64,000 nucleotides of DNA from Escherichia coli (GCF_013122565.1 NZ_CP053258.1), one strand, 5' to 3'; shown: positions 34,349-47,516, counted from the first letter of the stretch. Made by a program: numbers and translations. Notes: generated from the letters alone by a model not told the origin.

Positions 34349-35525
34349 ATTGCAGACCGCGCTCTTTCAGGCGTTCGATACCCTGAATCTGCAACGGGTA
34401 AAAACATTTAGCGTTCCACCGATGACGCTTTGCGGTCCGGGCGCGGTGAGCAGTTGTGGGCAGCAAGCGCAAACGCGTGGGCTGAAACATCTGTTCGTGA
34501 TGGCAGACAGCTTTTTGCATCAGGCGGGGATGACCGCCGGGCTGACGCGCAGCCTGGCCGTTAAAGGTATCGCCATGACGCTCTGGCCATGTCCGGTGGG
34601 CGAACCATGCATCACCGACGTATGTGCAGCCGTGGCGCAGCTGCGTGAATCAGGCTGTGACGGGGTGATCGCGTTTGGCGGCGGCTCGGTGCTGGATGCG
34701 GCGAAAGCCGTGGCGTTGCTGGTGACGAACCCCGATAGCACGCTGGCGGAAATGTCAGAAACCAGCGTTCTGCAACCGCGCCTGCCGTTGATTGCCATTC
34801 CAACGACCGCCGGAACCGGCTCTGAAACCACCAACGTAACGGTGATTATCGACGCGGTGAGCGAGCGCAAGCAGGTGTTAGCCCATGCCTCGCTGATGCC
34901 GGATGTGGCGATCCTCGACGCCGCATTGACCGAAGGTGTGCCGTCGCATGTCACGGCGATGACCGGTATCGACGCGTTAACTCATGCCATTGAAGCGTAC
35001 AGCGCGCTGAACGCCACACCGTTTACCGACAGTCTGGCGATTGGCGCTATTGCGATGATTGGCAAATCGCTGCCGAAAGCGGTGGGCTACGGTCACGACC
35101 TTGCCGCGCGCGAGAGCATGTTGCTGGCTTCATGTATGGCGGGAATGGCGTTTTCCAGTGCGGGGCTTGGGGTATGCCACGCGATGGCGCATCAGCCGGG
35201 GGCGGCGCTGCATATTCCGCACGGTCTGGCGAACGCCATGCTACTGCCAACGGTGATGGAGTTTAACCGGATGGTCTGTCGCGAACGCTTTAGTCAGATT
35301 GGTCGGGCACTGCGAACTAAAAAATCCGACGATCGTGACGCTATTAACGCGGTAAGTGAGTTGATTGCGGAGGTCGGGATCAACAAGCGGCTGGCAGACG
35401 TGGGCGCAACCACCGGACATTACGGCGCATGGGCGCAGGCCGCGCTGGAAGATATTTGTCTGCGCAGCAACCCGCGTACCGCCAGCCTGGAACAGATTGT
35501 CGGCCTGTACGCAGCGGCGCAATAA
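34338..35525 (+). CDS. eutG: iron-containing alcohol dehydrogenase EutG
   Basis: 395 aa from MQNELQTALFQAFDTLNLQRVKTF; overlaps eutJ 3' end. Confidence 0.9.
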   Translation: MQNELQTALFQAFDTLNLQRVKTFSVPPMTLCGPGAVSSCGQQAQTRGLKHLFVMADSFLHQAGMTAGLTRSLAVKGIAMTLWPCPVGEPCITDVCAAVAQLRESGCDGVIAFGGGSVLDAAKAVALLVTNPDSTLAEMSETSVLQPRLPLIAIPTTAGTGSETTNVTVIIDAVSERKQVLAHASLMPDVAILDAALTEGVPSHVTAMTGIDALTHAIEAYSALNATPFTDSLAIGAIAMIGKSLPKAVGYGHDLAARESMLLASCMAGMAFSSAGLGVCHAMAHQPGAALHIPHGLANAMLLPTVMEFNRMVCRERFSQIGRALRTKKSDDRDAINAVSELIAEVGINKRLADVGATTGHYGAWAQAALEDICLRSNPRTASLEQIVGLYAAAQ

Positions 35526-35526
35526 A

Positions 35527-35611
<85 letters not shown>

Positions 35612-35641
35612 ATAAATAACAACTAACAGGGAGTAAAGGCG

Positions 35642-36868
35642 ATGGGAATTAACGAAATCATCATGTACATCATGATGTTCTTTATGCTGATAGCTGCCGT
35701 AGACAGGATCCTGTCGCAGTTCGGCGGTTCTGCTCGTTTCCTCGGTAAGTTCGGTAAAAGTATCGAAGGATCAGGCGGTCAGTTCGAAGAAGGCTTTATG
35801 GCAATGGGCGCTCTGGGTCTGGCGATGGTCGGTATGACCGCGCTGGCACCGGTACTGGCTCACGTACTCGGGCCGGTAATTATCCCGGTTTACGAAATGC
35901 TCGGCGCAAACCCGTCAATGTTCGCCGGAACGCTGCTGGCGTGCGATATGGGCGGCTTCTTCCTCGCCAAAGAGCTGGCGGGCGGCGACGTAGCAGCGTG
36001 GCTATACTCTGGGTTAATTCTCGGGTCGATGATGGGGCCAACGATTGTGTTTTCCATTCCGGTGGCGCTCGGCATTATCGAACCTTCTGACCGTCGTTAT
36101 CTGGCGCTCGGCGTGCTGGCGGGCATTGTGACCATTCCGATTGGTTGTATCGCTGGTGGTCTGGTAGCTATGTACTCCGGTGTTCAGATCAACGGCCAGC
36201 CGGTGGAATTCACTTTCGCCCTGATCCTGATGAACATGATCCCGGTGATCATTGTTGCGATTCTGGTGGCGCTGGGGCTGAAATTCATCCCGGAAAAAAT
36301 GATCAACGGCTTCCAGATCTTCGCCAAATTCCTCGTTGCATTGATCACCCTCGGTCTTGCCGCTGCGGTAGTGAAATTCCTGCTTGGCTGGGAACTGATC
36401 CCCGGTCTGGATCCTATCTTTATGGCCCCTGGCGATAAACCCGGTGAGGTGATGCGCGCCATTGAAGTTATCGGTTCTATCTCCTGCGTGCTGTTAGGGG
36501 CGTATCCGATGGTGCTGCTGCTGACCCGTTGGTTTGAAAAACCGCTGATGAGCGTCGGTAAAGTGCTGAATATGAACAACATCGCGGCAGCCGGCATGGT
36601 GGCAACGCTTGCCAACAACATCCCGATGTTCGGCATGATGAAGCAGATGGATACCCGCGGCAAAGTCATCAACTGCGCCTTCGCCGTTTCCGCTGCTTTC
36701 GCCCTGGGCGACCACTTAGGCTTCGCCGCTGCCAACATGAACGCCATGATTTTCCCGATGATTGTCGGCAAGTTGATCGGCGGCGTAACGGCGATTGGCG
36801 TGGCGATGATGCTGGTGCCAAAAGAAGACGCGACCGCGGCTAAAACCGAAGCGGAGGCACAATCGTGA
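35642..36868 (+). CDS. eutH: ethanolamine permease EutH
   Basis: 408 aa, MGINEIIMYIMMFFMLIAAVDRIL, polytopic membrane protein. Confidence 0.95.
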   Translation: MGINEIIMYIMMFFMLIAAVDRILSQFGGSARFLGKFGKSIEGSGGQFEEGFMAMGALGLAMVGMTALAPVLAHVLGPVIIPVYEMLGANPSMFAGTLLACDMGGFFLAKELAGGDVAAWLYSGLILGSMMGPTIVFSIPVALGIIEPSDRRYLALGVLAGIVTIPIGCIAGGLVAMYSGVQINGQPVEFTFALILMNMIPVIIVAILVALGLKFIPEKMINGFQIFAKFLVALITLGLAAAVVKFLLGWELIPGLDPIFMAPGDKPGEVMRAIEVIGSISCVLLGAYPMVLLLTRWFEKPLMSVGKVLNMNNIAAAGMVATLANNIPMFGMMKQMDTRGKVINCAFAVSAAFALGDHLGFAAANMNAMIFPMIVGKLIGGVTAIGVAMMLVPKEDATAAKTEAEAQS

Positions 36869-38268
36869 ACACTCGCCAGCTACTGAGCGTCGGTATCGAT
36901 ATCGGCACTACCACCACCCAGGTGATCTTCTCCCACCTGGAGCTGGTTAACCGTGCGGCGGTGTCGCAGGTGCCGCGCTACGAATTCATCAAACGCGAAA
37001 TTAGCTGGCAAAGCCCGGTGTTCTTTACCCCTGTCGATAAACAGGGTGGTTTAAAAGAAGCGGAACTGAAAACCTTAATCCTCGAGCAATATCAGGCTGC
37101 GGGCATTGCGCCGGAAAGCGTTGATTCTGGTGCCATCATCATCACCGGTGAAAGCGCGAAAACCCGCAATGCTCGCCCGGCGGTGATGGCGCTCTCCCGG
37201 TCGCTGGGCGATTTTGTCGTCGCCAGCGCCGGGCCGCATCTCGAATCCGTGATCGCCGGTCACGGTGCCGGGGCGCAAACCCTTTCTGAACAACGGCTGT
37301 GTCGGGTCCTGAATATCGATATCGGCGGTGGCACCGCGAACTACGCCCTGTTCGATGCCGGAAAAATCAGCGGTACTGCCTGCCTCAACGTCGGCGGTCG
37401 CCTGCTGGAAACCGACAGCCAGGGGCGCGTGGTTTACGCTCATAAACCGGGGCAGATGATTGTGGATGAGTGCTTCGGCGCAGGCACCGACGCCCGTTCG
37501 CTGACCGGCGCGCAGCTGGTGCAGGTTACCCGGCGGATGGCAGAGCTGATTGTCGAAGTGATTGACGGAACGCTTTCGCCGCTCGCGCAGGCATTAATGC
37601 AAACCGGTTTGCTGCCCGCAGGTGTTACGCCCGAAATCATTACGCTTTCTGGCGGCGTGGGCGAATGTTATCGCCACCAGCCCGCCGACCCGTTCTGTTT
37701 TGCCGATATTGGCCCGCTGCTGGCAACGGCGCTGCATGACCATCCGCGCCTGCGTGAGATGAACGTGCAGTTTCCGGCGCAAACCGTGCGTGCCACGGTG
37801 ATTGGCGCGGGGGCACATACCCTTTCGCTCTCTGGCAGCACAATCTGGCTTGAGGGCGTACAACTGCCGCTGCGCAATTTGCCGGTGGCGATCCCGATTG
37901 ATGAAACGGATCTGGTGGGTGCCTGGCAACAGGCGCTGATTCAGCTGGATCTTGATCCCAAAACTGACGCGTACGTGCTGGCGCTTCCCGCCTCGCTGCC
38001 TGTGCGTTACGCCGCGGTACTGACGGTCATCAACGCGTTGGTCGATTTCGTCGCGCGTTTTCCGAATCCGCATCCCCTGCTGGTGGTGGCCGGGCAGGAC
38101 TTTGGTAAAGCTCTGGGCATGTTGTTGCGCCCACAGCTACAACAACTCCCGTTGGCAGTCATTGACGAAGTGATTGTCCGCGCGGGGGACTATATCGACA
38201 TTGGTACGCCTCTTTTTGGCGGATCGGTTGTGCCGGTGACGGTGAAATCACTCGCATTTCCTTCCTGA
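36865..38268 (+). CDS. eutA: ethanolamine ammonia-lyase reactivating factor EutA
   Basis: 467 aa, MNTRQLLSVGIDIGTTTTQVIFSHLEL. Confidence 0.95.
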   Translation: MNTRQLLSVGIDIGTTTTQVIFSHLELVNRAAVSQVPRYEFIKREISWQSPVFFTPVDKQGGLKEAELKTLILEQYQAAGIAPESVDSGAIIITGESAKTRNARPAVMALSRSLGDFVVASAGPHLESVIAGHGAGAQTLSEQRLCRVLNIDIGGGTANYALFDAGKISGTACLNVGGRLLETDSQGRVVYAHKPGQMIVDECFGAGTDARSLTGAQLVQVTRRMAELIVEVIDGTLSPLAQALMQTGLLPAGVTPEIITLSGGVGECYRHQPADPFCFADIGPLLATALHDHPRLREMNVQFPAQTVRATVIGAGAHTLSLSGSTIWLEGVQLPLRNLPVAIPIDETDLVGAWQQALIQLDLDPKTDAYVLALPASLPVRYAAVLTVINALVDFVARFPNPHPLLVVAGQDFGKALGMLLRPQLQQLPLAVIDEVIVRAGDYIDIGTPLFGGSVVPVTVKSLAFPS

Positions 38269-38279
38269 GGGAACGACTT

Positions 38280-39641
38280 ATGAAACTAAAGACCACATTG
38301 TTCGGCAATGTATATCAGTTTAAGGATGTAAAAGAGGTGCTGGCTAAAGCCAACGAACTGCGTTCGGGGGATGTGCTGGCGGGCGTCGCAGCGGCAAGCT
38401 CACAGGAGCGCGTGGCGGCAAAGCAGGTGTTGTCGGAAATGACCGTAGCGGACATCCGCAATAATCCGGTGATTGCCTATGAAGATGACTGCGTGACGCG
38501 GCTGATTCAGGACGATGTTAACGAAACGGCCTACAACCAGATTAAAAACTGGAGCATCAGCGAACTGCGTGAGTATGTGCTGAGCGATGAAACCAGCGTG
38601 GACGACATTGCCTTTACCCGCAAAGGGCTGACCTCGGAAGTGGTCGCGGCGGTAGCGAAGATTTGCTCCAACGCGGACCTGATTTACGGCGCGAAGAAAA
38701 TGCCGGTAATCAAAAAGGCCAATACCACCATCGGTATTCCGGGCACCTTCAGCGCCCGTTTGCAGCCAAATGACACCCGTGACGACGTGCAAAGTATCGC
38801 CGCGCAAATCTACGAAGGGCTTTCCTTCGGGGTGGGCGATGCGGTGATCGGCGTTAACCCGGTGACTGACGACGTGGAAAACTTAAGCCGCGTGCTGGAC
38901 ACCATCTATGGCGTGATCGACAAATTCAACATCCCAACTCAGGGCTGCGTACTGGCGCACGTCACCACCCAGATCGAAGCGATTCGTCGCGGCGCGCCTG
39001 GCGGACTGATTTTCCAGAGTATCTGTGGCAGCGAAAAAGGGCTGAAAGAGTTTGGCGTGGAACTGGCGATGCTCGACGAAGCGCGCGCAGTGGGTGCAGA
39101 GTTCAACCGTATCGCCGGGGAAAACTGCCTCTACTTCGAAACCGGACAAGGTTCAGCGCTATCCGCTGGCGCTAACTTCGGCGCAGACCAGGTGACGATG
39201 GAAGCACGTAACTATGGGCTGGCGCGTCATTACGATCCGTTTATCGTCAACACCGTGGTCGGCTTTATTGGGCCGGAGTATCTCTACAACGACCGCCAGA
39301 TTATCCGTGCGGGCTTAGAAGATCACTTTATGGGCAAGCTGAGCGGCATCTCTATGGGCTGTGACTGCTGTTACACCAACCACGCTGACGCTGACCAGAA
39401 CCTCAACGAAAACCTGATGATCCTGCTCGCCACCGCAGGCTGCAACTACATCATGGGGATGCCGCTGGGTGATGACATCATGCTCAACTACCAGACCACC
39501 GCATTCCACGATACCGCCACTGTGCGTCAGTTACTCAACCTGCGCCCGTCACCGGAGTTTGAACGCTGGCTGGAAAGCATGGGCATTATGGCAAACGGTC
39601 GCCTGACCAAACGGGCGGGCGATCCGTCACTGTTCTTCTGA
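38280..39641 (+). CDS. eutB: ethanolamine ammonia-lyase large subunit EutB
   Basis: 453 aa, MKLKTTLFGNVYQFKDVKEVLAKANELRSGD; directly follows eutA. Confidence 0.96.
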   Translation: MKLKTTLFGNVYQFKDVKEVLAKANELRSGDVLAGVAAASSQERVAAKQVLSEMTVADIRNNPVIAYEDDCVTRLIQDDVNETAYNQIKNWSISELREYVLSDETSVDDIAFTRKGLTSEVVAAVAKICSNADLIYGAKKMPVIKKANTTIGIPGTFSARLQPNDTRDDVQSIAAQIYEGLSFGVGDAVIGVNPVTDDVENLSRVLDTIYGVIDKFNIPTQGCVLAHVTTQIEAIRRGAPGGLIFQSICGSEKGLKEFGVELAMLDEARAVGAEFNRIAGENCLYFETGQGSALSAGANFGADQVTMEARNYGLARHYDPFIVNTVVGFIGPEYLYNDRQIIRAGLEDHFMGKLSGISMGCDCCYTNHADADQNLNENLMILLATAGCNYIMGMPLGDDIMLNYQTTAFHDTATVRQLLNLRPSPEFERWLESMGIMANGRLTKRAGDPSLFF

Positions 39642-39661
39642 TGACGCGGAGATAACACATC

Positions 39662-40549
39662 ATGGATCAAAAACAGATTGAAGAAATTGTACGCAGCGTG
39701 ATGGCGTCAATGGGACAAGCGGCCCCCGCGCCGTCAGAAGCAAAGTGCGCCACTACCACCTGTGCGGCACCGGTGACCTCGGAAAGCTGCGCGCTGGATT
39801 TAGGTTCTGCGGAAGCAAAAGCGTGGATTGGTGTTGAAAACCCGCATCGCGCAGACGTATTAACAGAACTGCGCCGCAGCACCGTGGCCCGCGTTTGTAC
39901 CGGTCGTGCCGGTCCGCGTCCGCGTACCCAGGCGTTGCTGCGTTTCCTGGCCGATCACTCTCGTTCGAAAGATACCGTACTTAAAGAAGTGCCGGAAGAG
40001 TGGGTGAAAGCGCAGGGCTTGCTGGAAGTCCGCTCCGAAATTAGCGACAAAAATCTCTACCTGACTCGCCCGGATATGGGCCGCCGCCTGTGTGCAGAAG
40101 CTGTTGAAGCGCTGAAAGCACAGTGTGTTGCTAATCCGGACGTACAGGTCGTTATTTCTGATGGCCTGTCAACTGATGCCATCACCGTGAACTACGAAGA
40201 GATCCTGCCGCCGCTGATGGCGGGCCTGAAACAGGCCGGGCTGAAAGTCGGTACACCATTCTTTGTTCGTTATGGTCGCGTGAAGATTGAAGATCAGATC
40301 GGTGAGATCCTCGGCGCGAAAGTAGTGATCCTGCTGGTGGGCGAACGTCCGGGGTTGGGTCAGTCAGAAAGCCTCTCCTGCTACGCCGTTTACTCGCCGC
40401 GTATGGCGACCACCGTTGAGGCCGATCGCACCTGTATCTCTAACATTCACCAGGGCGGCACGCCGCCGGTTGAAGCCGCAGCCGTCATTGTGGATTTGGC
40501 GAAACGTATGCTGGAGCAGAAAGCATCCGGCATCAACATGACCCGATAA
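39662..40549 (+). CDS. eutC: ethanolamine ammonia-lyase small subunit EutC
   Basis: 295 aa, [24 protein letters not shown]. Confidence 0.95.
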   Translation: MDQKQIEEIVRSVMASMGQAAPAPSEAKCATTTCAAPVTSESCALDLGSAEAKAWIGVENPHRADVLTELRRSTVARVCTGRAGPRPRTQALLRFLADHSRSKDTVLKEVPEEWVKAQGLLEVRSEISDKNLYLTRPDMGRRLCAEAVEALKAQCVANPDVQVVISDGLSTDAITVNYEEILPPLMAGLKQAGLKVGTPFFVRYGRVKIEDQIGEILGAKVVILLVGERPGLGQSESLSCYAVYSPRMATTVEADRTCISNIHQGGTPPVEAAAVIVDLAKRMLEQKASGINMTR

Positions 40550-40558
40550 GGAGGCATC

Positions 40559-41218
40559 ATGCCAGCTTTAGATTTGATTCGACCGTCTGTCACCGCTATG
40601 CGGGTGATTGCCTCCGTTAACGCCGATTTTGCGCGTGAACTGAAATTGCCGCCGCATATTCGTAGCCTCGGTCTGATTTCTGCTGATTCCGATGACGTCA
40701 CCTACATTGCCGCTGATGAAGCGACCAAGCAGGCGATGGTGGAAGTGGTGTATGGCCGCTCGCTGTATGCGGGCGCTGCACACGGCCCGTCACCGACTGC
40801 CGGTGAAGTGCTGATTATGCTTGGTGGGCCAAACCCGGCGGAAGTGCGTGCAGGTCTGGATGCGATGGTTGCGCATATTGAAAATGGCGCTGCTTTCCAG
40901 TGGGCTAATGATGCGCAAGATACGGCATTCCTGGCACATGTGGTTTCGCGTACCGGTTCTTATCTTTCATCAACCGCCGGGATCACGCTTGGCGATCCGA
41001 TGGCGTATCTGGTGGCACCGCCGCTGGAAGCGACCTACGGCATTGATGCAGCGTTGAAATCTGCCGACGTACAGCTGGTGACCTATGTCCCGCCACCGTC
41101 TGAAACTAACTACTCGGCAGCATTTTTAACCGGTAGCCAGGCAGCGTGTAAAGCGGCCTGTAACGCCTTTACCGATGCAGTGCTGGAAATCGCGCGTAAT
41201 CCAATCCAGCGTGCGTAA
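40559..41218 (+). CDS. eutL: microcompartment shell protein EutL (tandem BMC domain, trimer)
   Basis: 219 aa, [31 protein letters not shown]. Confidence 0.95.
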   Translation: MPALDLIRPSVTAMRVIASVNADFARELKLPPHIRSLGLISADSDDVTYIAADEATKQAMVEVVYGRSLYAGAAHGPSPTAGEVLIMLGGPNPAEVRAGLDAMVAHIENGAAFQWANDAQDTAFLAHVVSRTGSYLSSTAGITLGDPMAYLVAPPLEATYGIDAALKSADVQLVTYVPPPSETNYSAAFLTGSQAACKAACNAFTDAVLEIARNPIQRA

Positions 41219-41230
41219 TGGAGGTTGCCG

Positions 41231-41731
41231 ATGATCAATGCACTGGGATTGCTGGAAGTGGACGGCATGGTCGCTGCGATAGATGCAGCGGATGCCATGC
41301 TCAAAGCAGCTAACGTTCGTCTGCTCAGTCACGAAGTGCTTGACCCTGGTCGCTTAACGCTGGTGGTGGAAGGCGATCTGGCGGCGTGTCGTGCTGCGCT
41401 GGACGCAGGTTGTGCTGCCGCGATGCGTACCGGGCGTGTCATCAGCCGCAAGGAGATCGGTCGGCCAGACGATGACACCCAGTGGCTGGTTACTGGCTTT
41501 AACCGCCAGCCGAAGCAACCCGTAAAGGAACCCGACGCGCCAGTTATCGTCGCGGAATCTGCTGACGAGTTGTTGGCGCTGTTAACATCAGTACGTCAGG
41601 GAATGACGGCAGGAGAAGTGGCTGCCCACTTTGGCTGGCCGCTGGAAAAAGCCAGAAATGCGCTCGAACAGCTCTTTTCTGCAGGGACGTTACGTAAACG
41701 CAGTAGTCGTTATCGTCTCAAGCCCCATTAA
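41231..41731 (+). CDS. eutK: microcompartment shell protein EutK (BMC domain plus C-terminal nucleic-acid-binding-like domain)
   Basis: 166 aa from MINALGLLEVDGMVAAIDAADAMLKAANV. Confidence 0.9.
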   Translation: MINALGLLEVDGMVAAIDAADAMLKAANVRLLSHEVLDPGRLTLVVEGDLAACRAALDAGCAAAMRTGRVISRKEIGRPDDDTQWLVTGFNRQPKQPVKEPDAPVIVAESADELLALLTSVRQGMTAGEVAAHFGWPLEKARNALEQLFSAGTLRKRSSRYRLKPH

Positions 41732-41776
41732 CCTGTCGGAGGTGCCGGGTGTCCTACAACACCCGGCATTAACATC

Positions 41777-42829
41777 ATGAAAAAGACCCGTACAGCCAAT
41801 TTGCACCATCTTTATCATGAACCCTTACCCGAAAACCTGAAGCTCACGCCGAAGGTCGAAGTGGATAATGTTCATCAACGACAGACAACGGATGTCTATG
41901 AACATGCTTTAACGATTACCGCCTGGCAGCAGATTTACGATCAGCTGCATCCGGGCAAGTTTCATGGTGAATTTACGGAAATTCTACTCGATGATATTCA
42001 GGTTTTTCGTGAATACACCGGTCTGGCGCTGCGTCAGTCGTGCCTGGTCTGGCCGAACTCGTTCTGGTTTGGCATTCCGGCGACGCGCGGTGAGCAGGGA
42101 TTTATCGGTTCGCAATGTCTGGGAAGCGCAGAAATAGCGACGCGCCCCGGTGGCACTGAGTTTGAATTAAGTACGCCGGACGATTACACGATCCTGGGCG
42201 TAGTGCTTTCTGAAGATGTCATCACCCGTCAGGCTAACTTTTTGCATAATCCGGATCGGGTATTACATATGCTGCGTAGCCAGTCGGCGCTGGAAGTGAA
42301 AGAGCAGCATAAAGCCGCGCTGTGGGGCTTTGTCCAACAGGCGCTGGCGACGTTTTGCGAGAACCCGGAAAATCTCCATCAGCCTGCAGTGCGAAAAGTG
42401 CTGGGGGATAATTTGCTCATGGCGATGGGGGCGATGCTGGAAGAAGCGCAACCAATGGTGACGGCGGAAAGCATCAGTCATCAGAGTTACCGTAGATTAC
42501 TTTCCCGCGCCCGTGAATATGTGCTGGAAAACATGTCCGAACCGGTGACGGTGCTGGATTTGTGTAATCAACTGCATGTCAGCCGCCGCACGCTACAAAA
42601 CGCGTTTCACGCTATTTTAGGCATTGGCCCGAACGCGTGGCTGAAACGCATTCGCCTGAACGCCGTACGCCGCGAACTGATAAGCCCGTGGTCGCAAAGC
42701 ACAACGGTAAAAGACGCCGCCATGCAGTGGGGATTCTGGCATCTGGGGCAATTTGCCACGGATTACCAGCAGCTGTTTTCCGAGAAGCCGTCGTTGACGT
42801 TGCATCAGCGGATGCGGGAATGGGGGTGA
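41777..42829 (+). CDS. eutR: AraC-family transcriptional activator of the eut operon EutR
   Basis: 350 aa, [26 protein letters not shown]; C-terminal AraC HTH. Confidence 0.93.
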   Translation: MKKTRTANLHHLYHEPLPENLKLTPKVEVDNVHQRQTTDVYEHALTITAWQQIYDQLHPGKFHGEFTEILLDDIQVFREYTGLALRQSCLVWPNSFWFGIPATRGEQGFIGSQCLGSAEIATRPGGTEFELSTPDDYTILGVVLSEDVITRQANFLHNPDRVLHMLRSQSALEVKEQHKAALWGFVQQALATFCENPENLHQPAVRKVLGDNLLMAMGAMLEEAQPMVTAESISHQSYRRLLSRAREYVLENMSEPVTVLDLCNQLHVSRRTLQNAFHAILGIGPNAWLKRIRLNAVRRELISPWSQSTTVKDAAMQWGFWHLGQFATDYQQLFSEKPSLTLHQRMREWG

Positions 42830-42834
42830 GGGGG

Positions 42835-43737
<903 letters not shown>

Positions 43738-44607
43738 TTATCGCTTTTTCGAATGTGCTTTCTGGTTGTCGAACCAGTGGAAATAACTGATCACGCCTTC
43801 AGCAATCGCTGTGGCGATTTTCTGACGAAACGCCGCCGTGCCTAACAGTCGCTCTTCTTCCGGGTTGGTGATAAACGAGGTTTCCACCAGCACCGAAGGA
43901 ACCGACGGCGATTTCAACACCACAAACGCGGCTTGTTCGGTGTTGCGGCTGTGCAGTTTATGCACCGGCTTAATCTTCTTCAGAATATGCGAGCCAAGCG
44001 TCAGACTGTTTTTAATAGTATCGGTTTGCACCAAATCAAACAGCACTTGTTGCAATAGGTGATCCTTGTCAGTTGCCTTTTTACCGGCAACTTCATCAGC
44101 GCGGTTTTCGCGTTCAGACAGGTACTTCGCCATTGCGCTACTTGCCCCACGGTTAGAAAGGGCAAAAACCGAAGCGCCTGCTGCTTTTGGGTTAGTAAAA
44201 CCGTCGGCGTGAATTGACATAAACAGATCTGCTCGATGCTTATGGGCGATTTCAACACGATCGTAAAGGGGGATAAACGTATCGCCAGAACGCGTTAAAC
44301 GTGCATCAATGCCGTGATTGCGCAAAATGGAACGAACATTTTTGGCGATCGCCAGCACCACATGTTTTTCTTTCGAACCGTTGCGGCCAATCGCTCCGGT
44401 ATCAATCCCGCCATGACCAGGATCGAGAACGACTATCCGTTTGCTCCCGGCTTTTTTGGCTTTCGGCTTACTGTGTCCGTTGCTGGTTTTTAAAGGTTCG
44501 TCTTTGGCGATGGCTTGCGACATTCCTGACAACGTCAGGGCAGCCAAACCGGCTTTCAGCACCTGGCGGCGCGAAGTGAGTGTTTTTAGTGGTTTAAAAG
44601 TGCTCAT
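43738..44607 (-). CDS. amiA: N-acetylmuramoyl-L-alanine amidase AmiA
   Basis: 289 aa, MSTFKPLKTLTSRRQVLKAGLAALTLSGMSQA twin-arginine signal. Confidence 0.95.
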   Translation of the reverse strand: MSTFKPLKTLTSRRQVLKAGLAALTLSGMSQAIAKDEPLKTSNGHSKPKAKKAGSKRIVVLDPGHGGIDTGAIGRNGSKEKHVVLAIAKNVRSILRNHGIDARLTRSGDTFIPLYDRVEIAHKHRADLFMSIHADGFTNPKAAGASVFALSNRGASSAMAKYLSERENRADEVAGKKATDKDHLLQQVLFDLVQTDTIKNSLTLGSHILKKIKPVHKLHSRNTEQAAFVVLKSPSVPSVLVETSFITNPEEERLLGTAAFRQKIATAIAEGVISYFHWFDNQKAHSKKR

Positions 44608-44820
44608 ACGGCCTGAGTTGTAATAATAAAGTTCCAGATGTTATATCGTATCGCGTAATCCGTTACGACGGTTTGATGTTGAGAATTGTTTTACTTTTCA
44701 TTTCAATAGTTGACAACTCCCCATTATGCCACTTTTTCAACCTATTTTCGTCAGATATTGGCTAATTCGACCGTTCACGCCATAATCAGCCTTTTAACCC
44801 GCAAAAAGGTAACGAATACC

Positions 44821-45246
44821 ATGGAGATACGCGTATTTCGCCAGGAAGATTTCGAAGAGGTCATCACCCTTTGGGAACGTTGCGACTTGCTGCGTCCGTG
44901 GAACGATCCGGAAATGGACATCGAGCGTAAGATGAACCATGACGTCAGTTTGTTTTTGGTCGCTGAGGTGAACGGTGAAGTGGTCGGAACGGTGATGGGC
45001 GGTTATGACGGGCATCGCGGGTCTGCTTATTATCTTGGCGTGCATCCAGAGTTTCGTGGGCGTGGGATTGCCAATGCGTTGCTTAACCGGCTGGAGAAAA
45101 AGCTGATTGCTCGCGGCTGCCCGAAAATTCAGATCAACGTGCCGGAAGATAACGACATGGTGCTCGGAATGTATGAACGCCTGGGATATGAACACGCCGA
45201 CGTGCTGAGTCTGGGTAAGCGTTTGATTGAAGATGAAGAGTACTGA
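44821..45246 (+). CDS. ypeA: GNAT-family acetyltransferase YpeA
   Basis: 141 aa from [29 protein letters not shown]; ORF-track 37-codon extension rejected. Confidence 0.88.
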
Positions 45247-45682
45247 GTTTCATCCTGTCCATTATGATGCGCACGGTCGCCTGCGTTTACCCTTGCTCTT
45301 CTGGCTTGTGCTATTGCTTCAGGCGCGAACCTGGGTGCTGTTTGTCATTGCCGGTGCGTCGCGCGAGCAGGGTACTGCGCTGCTAAATCTGTTTTATCCC
45401 GATCACGATAATTTCTGGCTGGGGCTGATTCCTGGCATTCCGGCGGTGCTGGCGTTTTTGTTGAGCGGTCGGCGGGCTACGTTTCCTCGCACCTGGCGTG
45501 TACTCTATTTTCTGTTGCTGTTGGCGCAGGTGGTTTTACTTTGCTGGCAACCGTGGCTGTGGCTGAACGGTGAATCCGTTAGCGGTATCGGTCTGGCGCT
45601 GGTAGTGGCGGATATTGTGGCGTTAATCTGGCTGCTGACCAATCGACGTTTACGCGCTTGTTTTAATGAAGAAAAAGAATAA
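45233..45682 (+). CDS. yfeZ: inner-membrane protein YfeZ (DUF2919)
   Basis: 149 aa from [29 protein letters not shown]. Confidence 0.85.
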
Positions 45683-45703
45683 CGCAGAGGTGCGCTTTGT
45701 TTA

Positions 45704-45803
45704 TGCCGGATGCGGCGTGAACGCCTTATCCGGCCTACAAAACATCGAAAATTCAATATATTGCAGGAGAAAGTAGGCCTGATAAGCGTAGCGCATCAGG
45801 CAA
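45704..45803. repeat. REP/BIME element (two PUs with linker) after yfeZ
   Basis: GCCGGATGCGGCGTGAACGCCTTATCCGGCCTAC ... linker AATTCAATATATTGCAG ... GTAGGCCTGATAAGCGTAGCGCATCAGGC. Confidence 0.85.
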
Positions 45804-45888
45804 TTTTGTGTTTGTCATCAACCTTTAACGGCACTTTTTGGTGAATTTGAACTCCAAGCAACGTTATTGAATAACCAAAGGAAGTGAC

Positions 45889-46464
45889 ATGAAATCGCTG
45901 CGTTTAATGTTATGCGCTATGCCGTTGATGCTGACCGGCTGTTCCACGATGTCGTCAGTTAACTGGTCTGCCGCTAACCCGTGGAACTGGTTTGGGTCGT
46001 CCACCAAAGTGAGCGAGCAGGGCGTTGGTGAATTAACGGCGTCCACACCACTGCAAGAACAAGCCATTGCCGATGCGCTTGATGGCGATTATCGCCTGCG
46101 CAGCGGAATGAAAACCGCGAACGGCAACGTGGTGCGCTTTTTTGAAGTGATGAAGGGCGACAACGTGGCGATGGTGATTAACGGCGATCAAGGCACGATC
46201 AGTCGCATTGACGTGCTGGATAGCGATATTCCTGCTGACACCGGTGTTAAAATCGGTACACCGTTTAGCGACCTTTACAGCAAAGCATTTGGCAATTGCC
46301 AAAAAGCTGATGGTGATGATAATCGTGCCGTCGAATGTAAAGCCGAAGGCAGTCAACATATTAGCTACCAGTTCAGCGGGGAATGGAGTGGTCCTGAAGG
46401 GTTAATGCCTTCGGACGATACCCTGAAAAACTGGAAAGTCAGTAAAATTATCTGGCGGCGTTAA
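45889..46464 (+). CDS. yfeY: lipoprotein YfeY (DUF1131)
   Basis: 191 aa, MKSLRLMLCAMPLMLTGCS lipobox. Confidence 0.9.
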   Translation: MKSLRLMLCAMPLMLTGCSTMSSVNWSAANPWNWFGSSTKVSEQGVGELTASTPLQEQAIADALDGDYRLRSGMKTANGNVVRFFEVMKGDNVAMVINGDQGTISRIDVLDSDIPADTGVKIGTPFSDLYSKAFGNCQKADGDDNRAVECKAEGSQHISYQFSGEWSGPEGLMPSDDTLKNWKVSKIIWRR

Positions 46465-46475
46465 TTTGCGTCTGA

Positions 46476-47459
<984 letters not shown>

Positions 47460-47516
47460 GCGTTTCTGATTCGATGATGAAAGGCCAGGCAGTAACATTA
47501 CTGACTGGCCTTTTTA

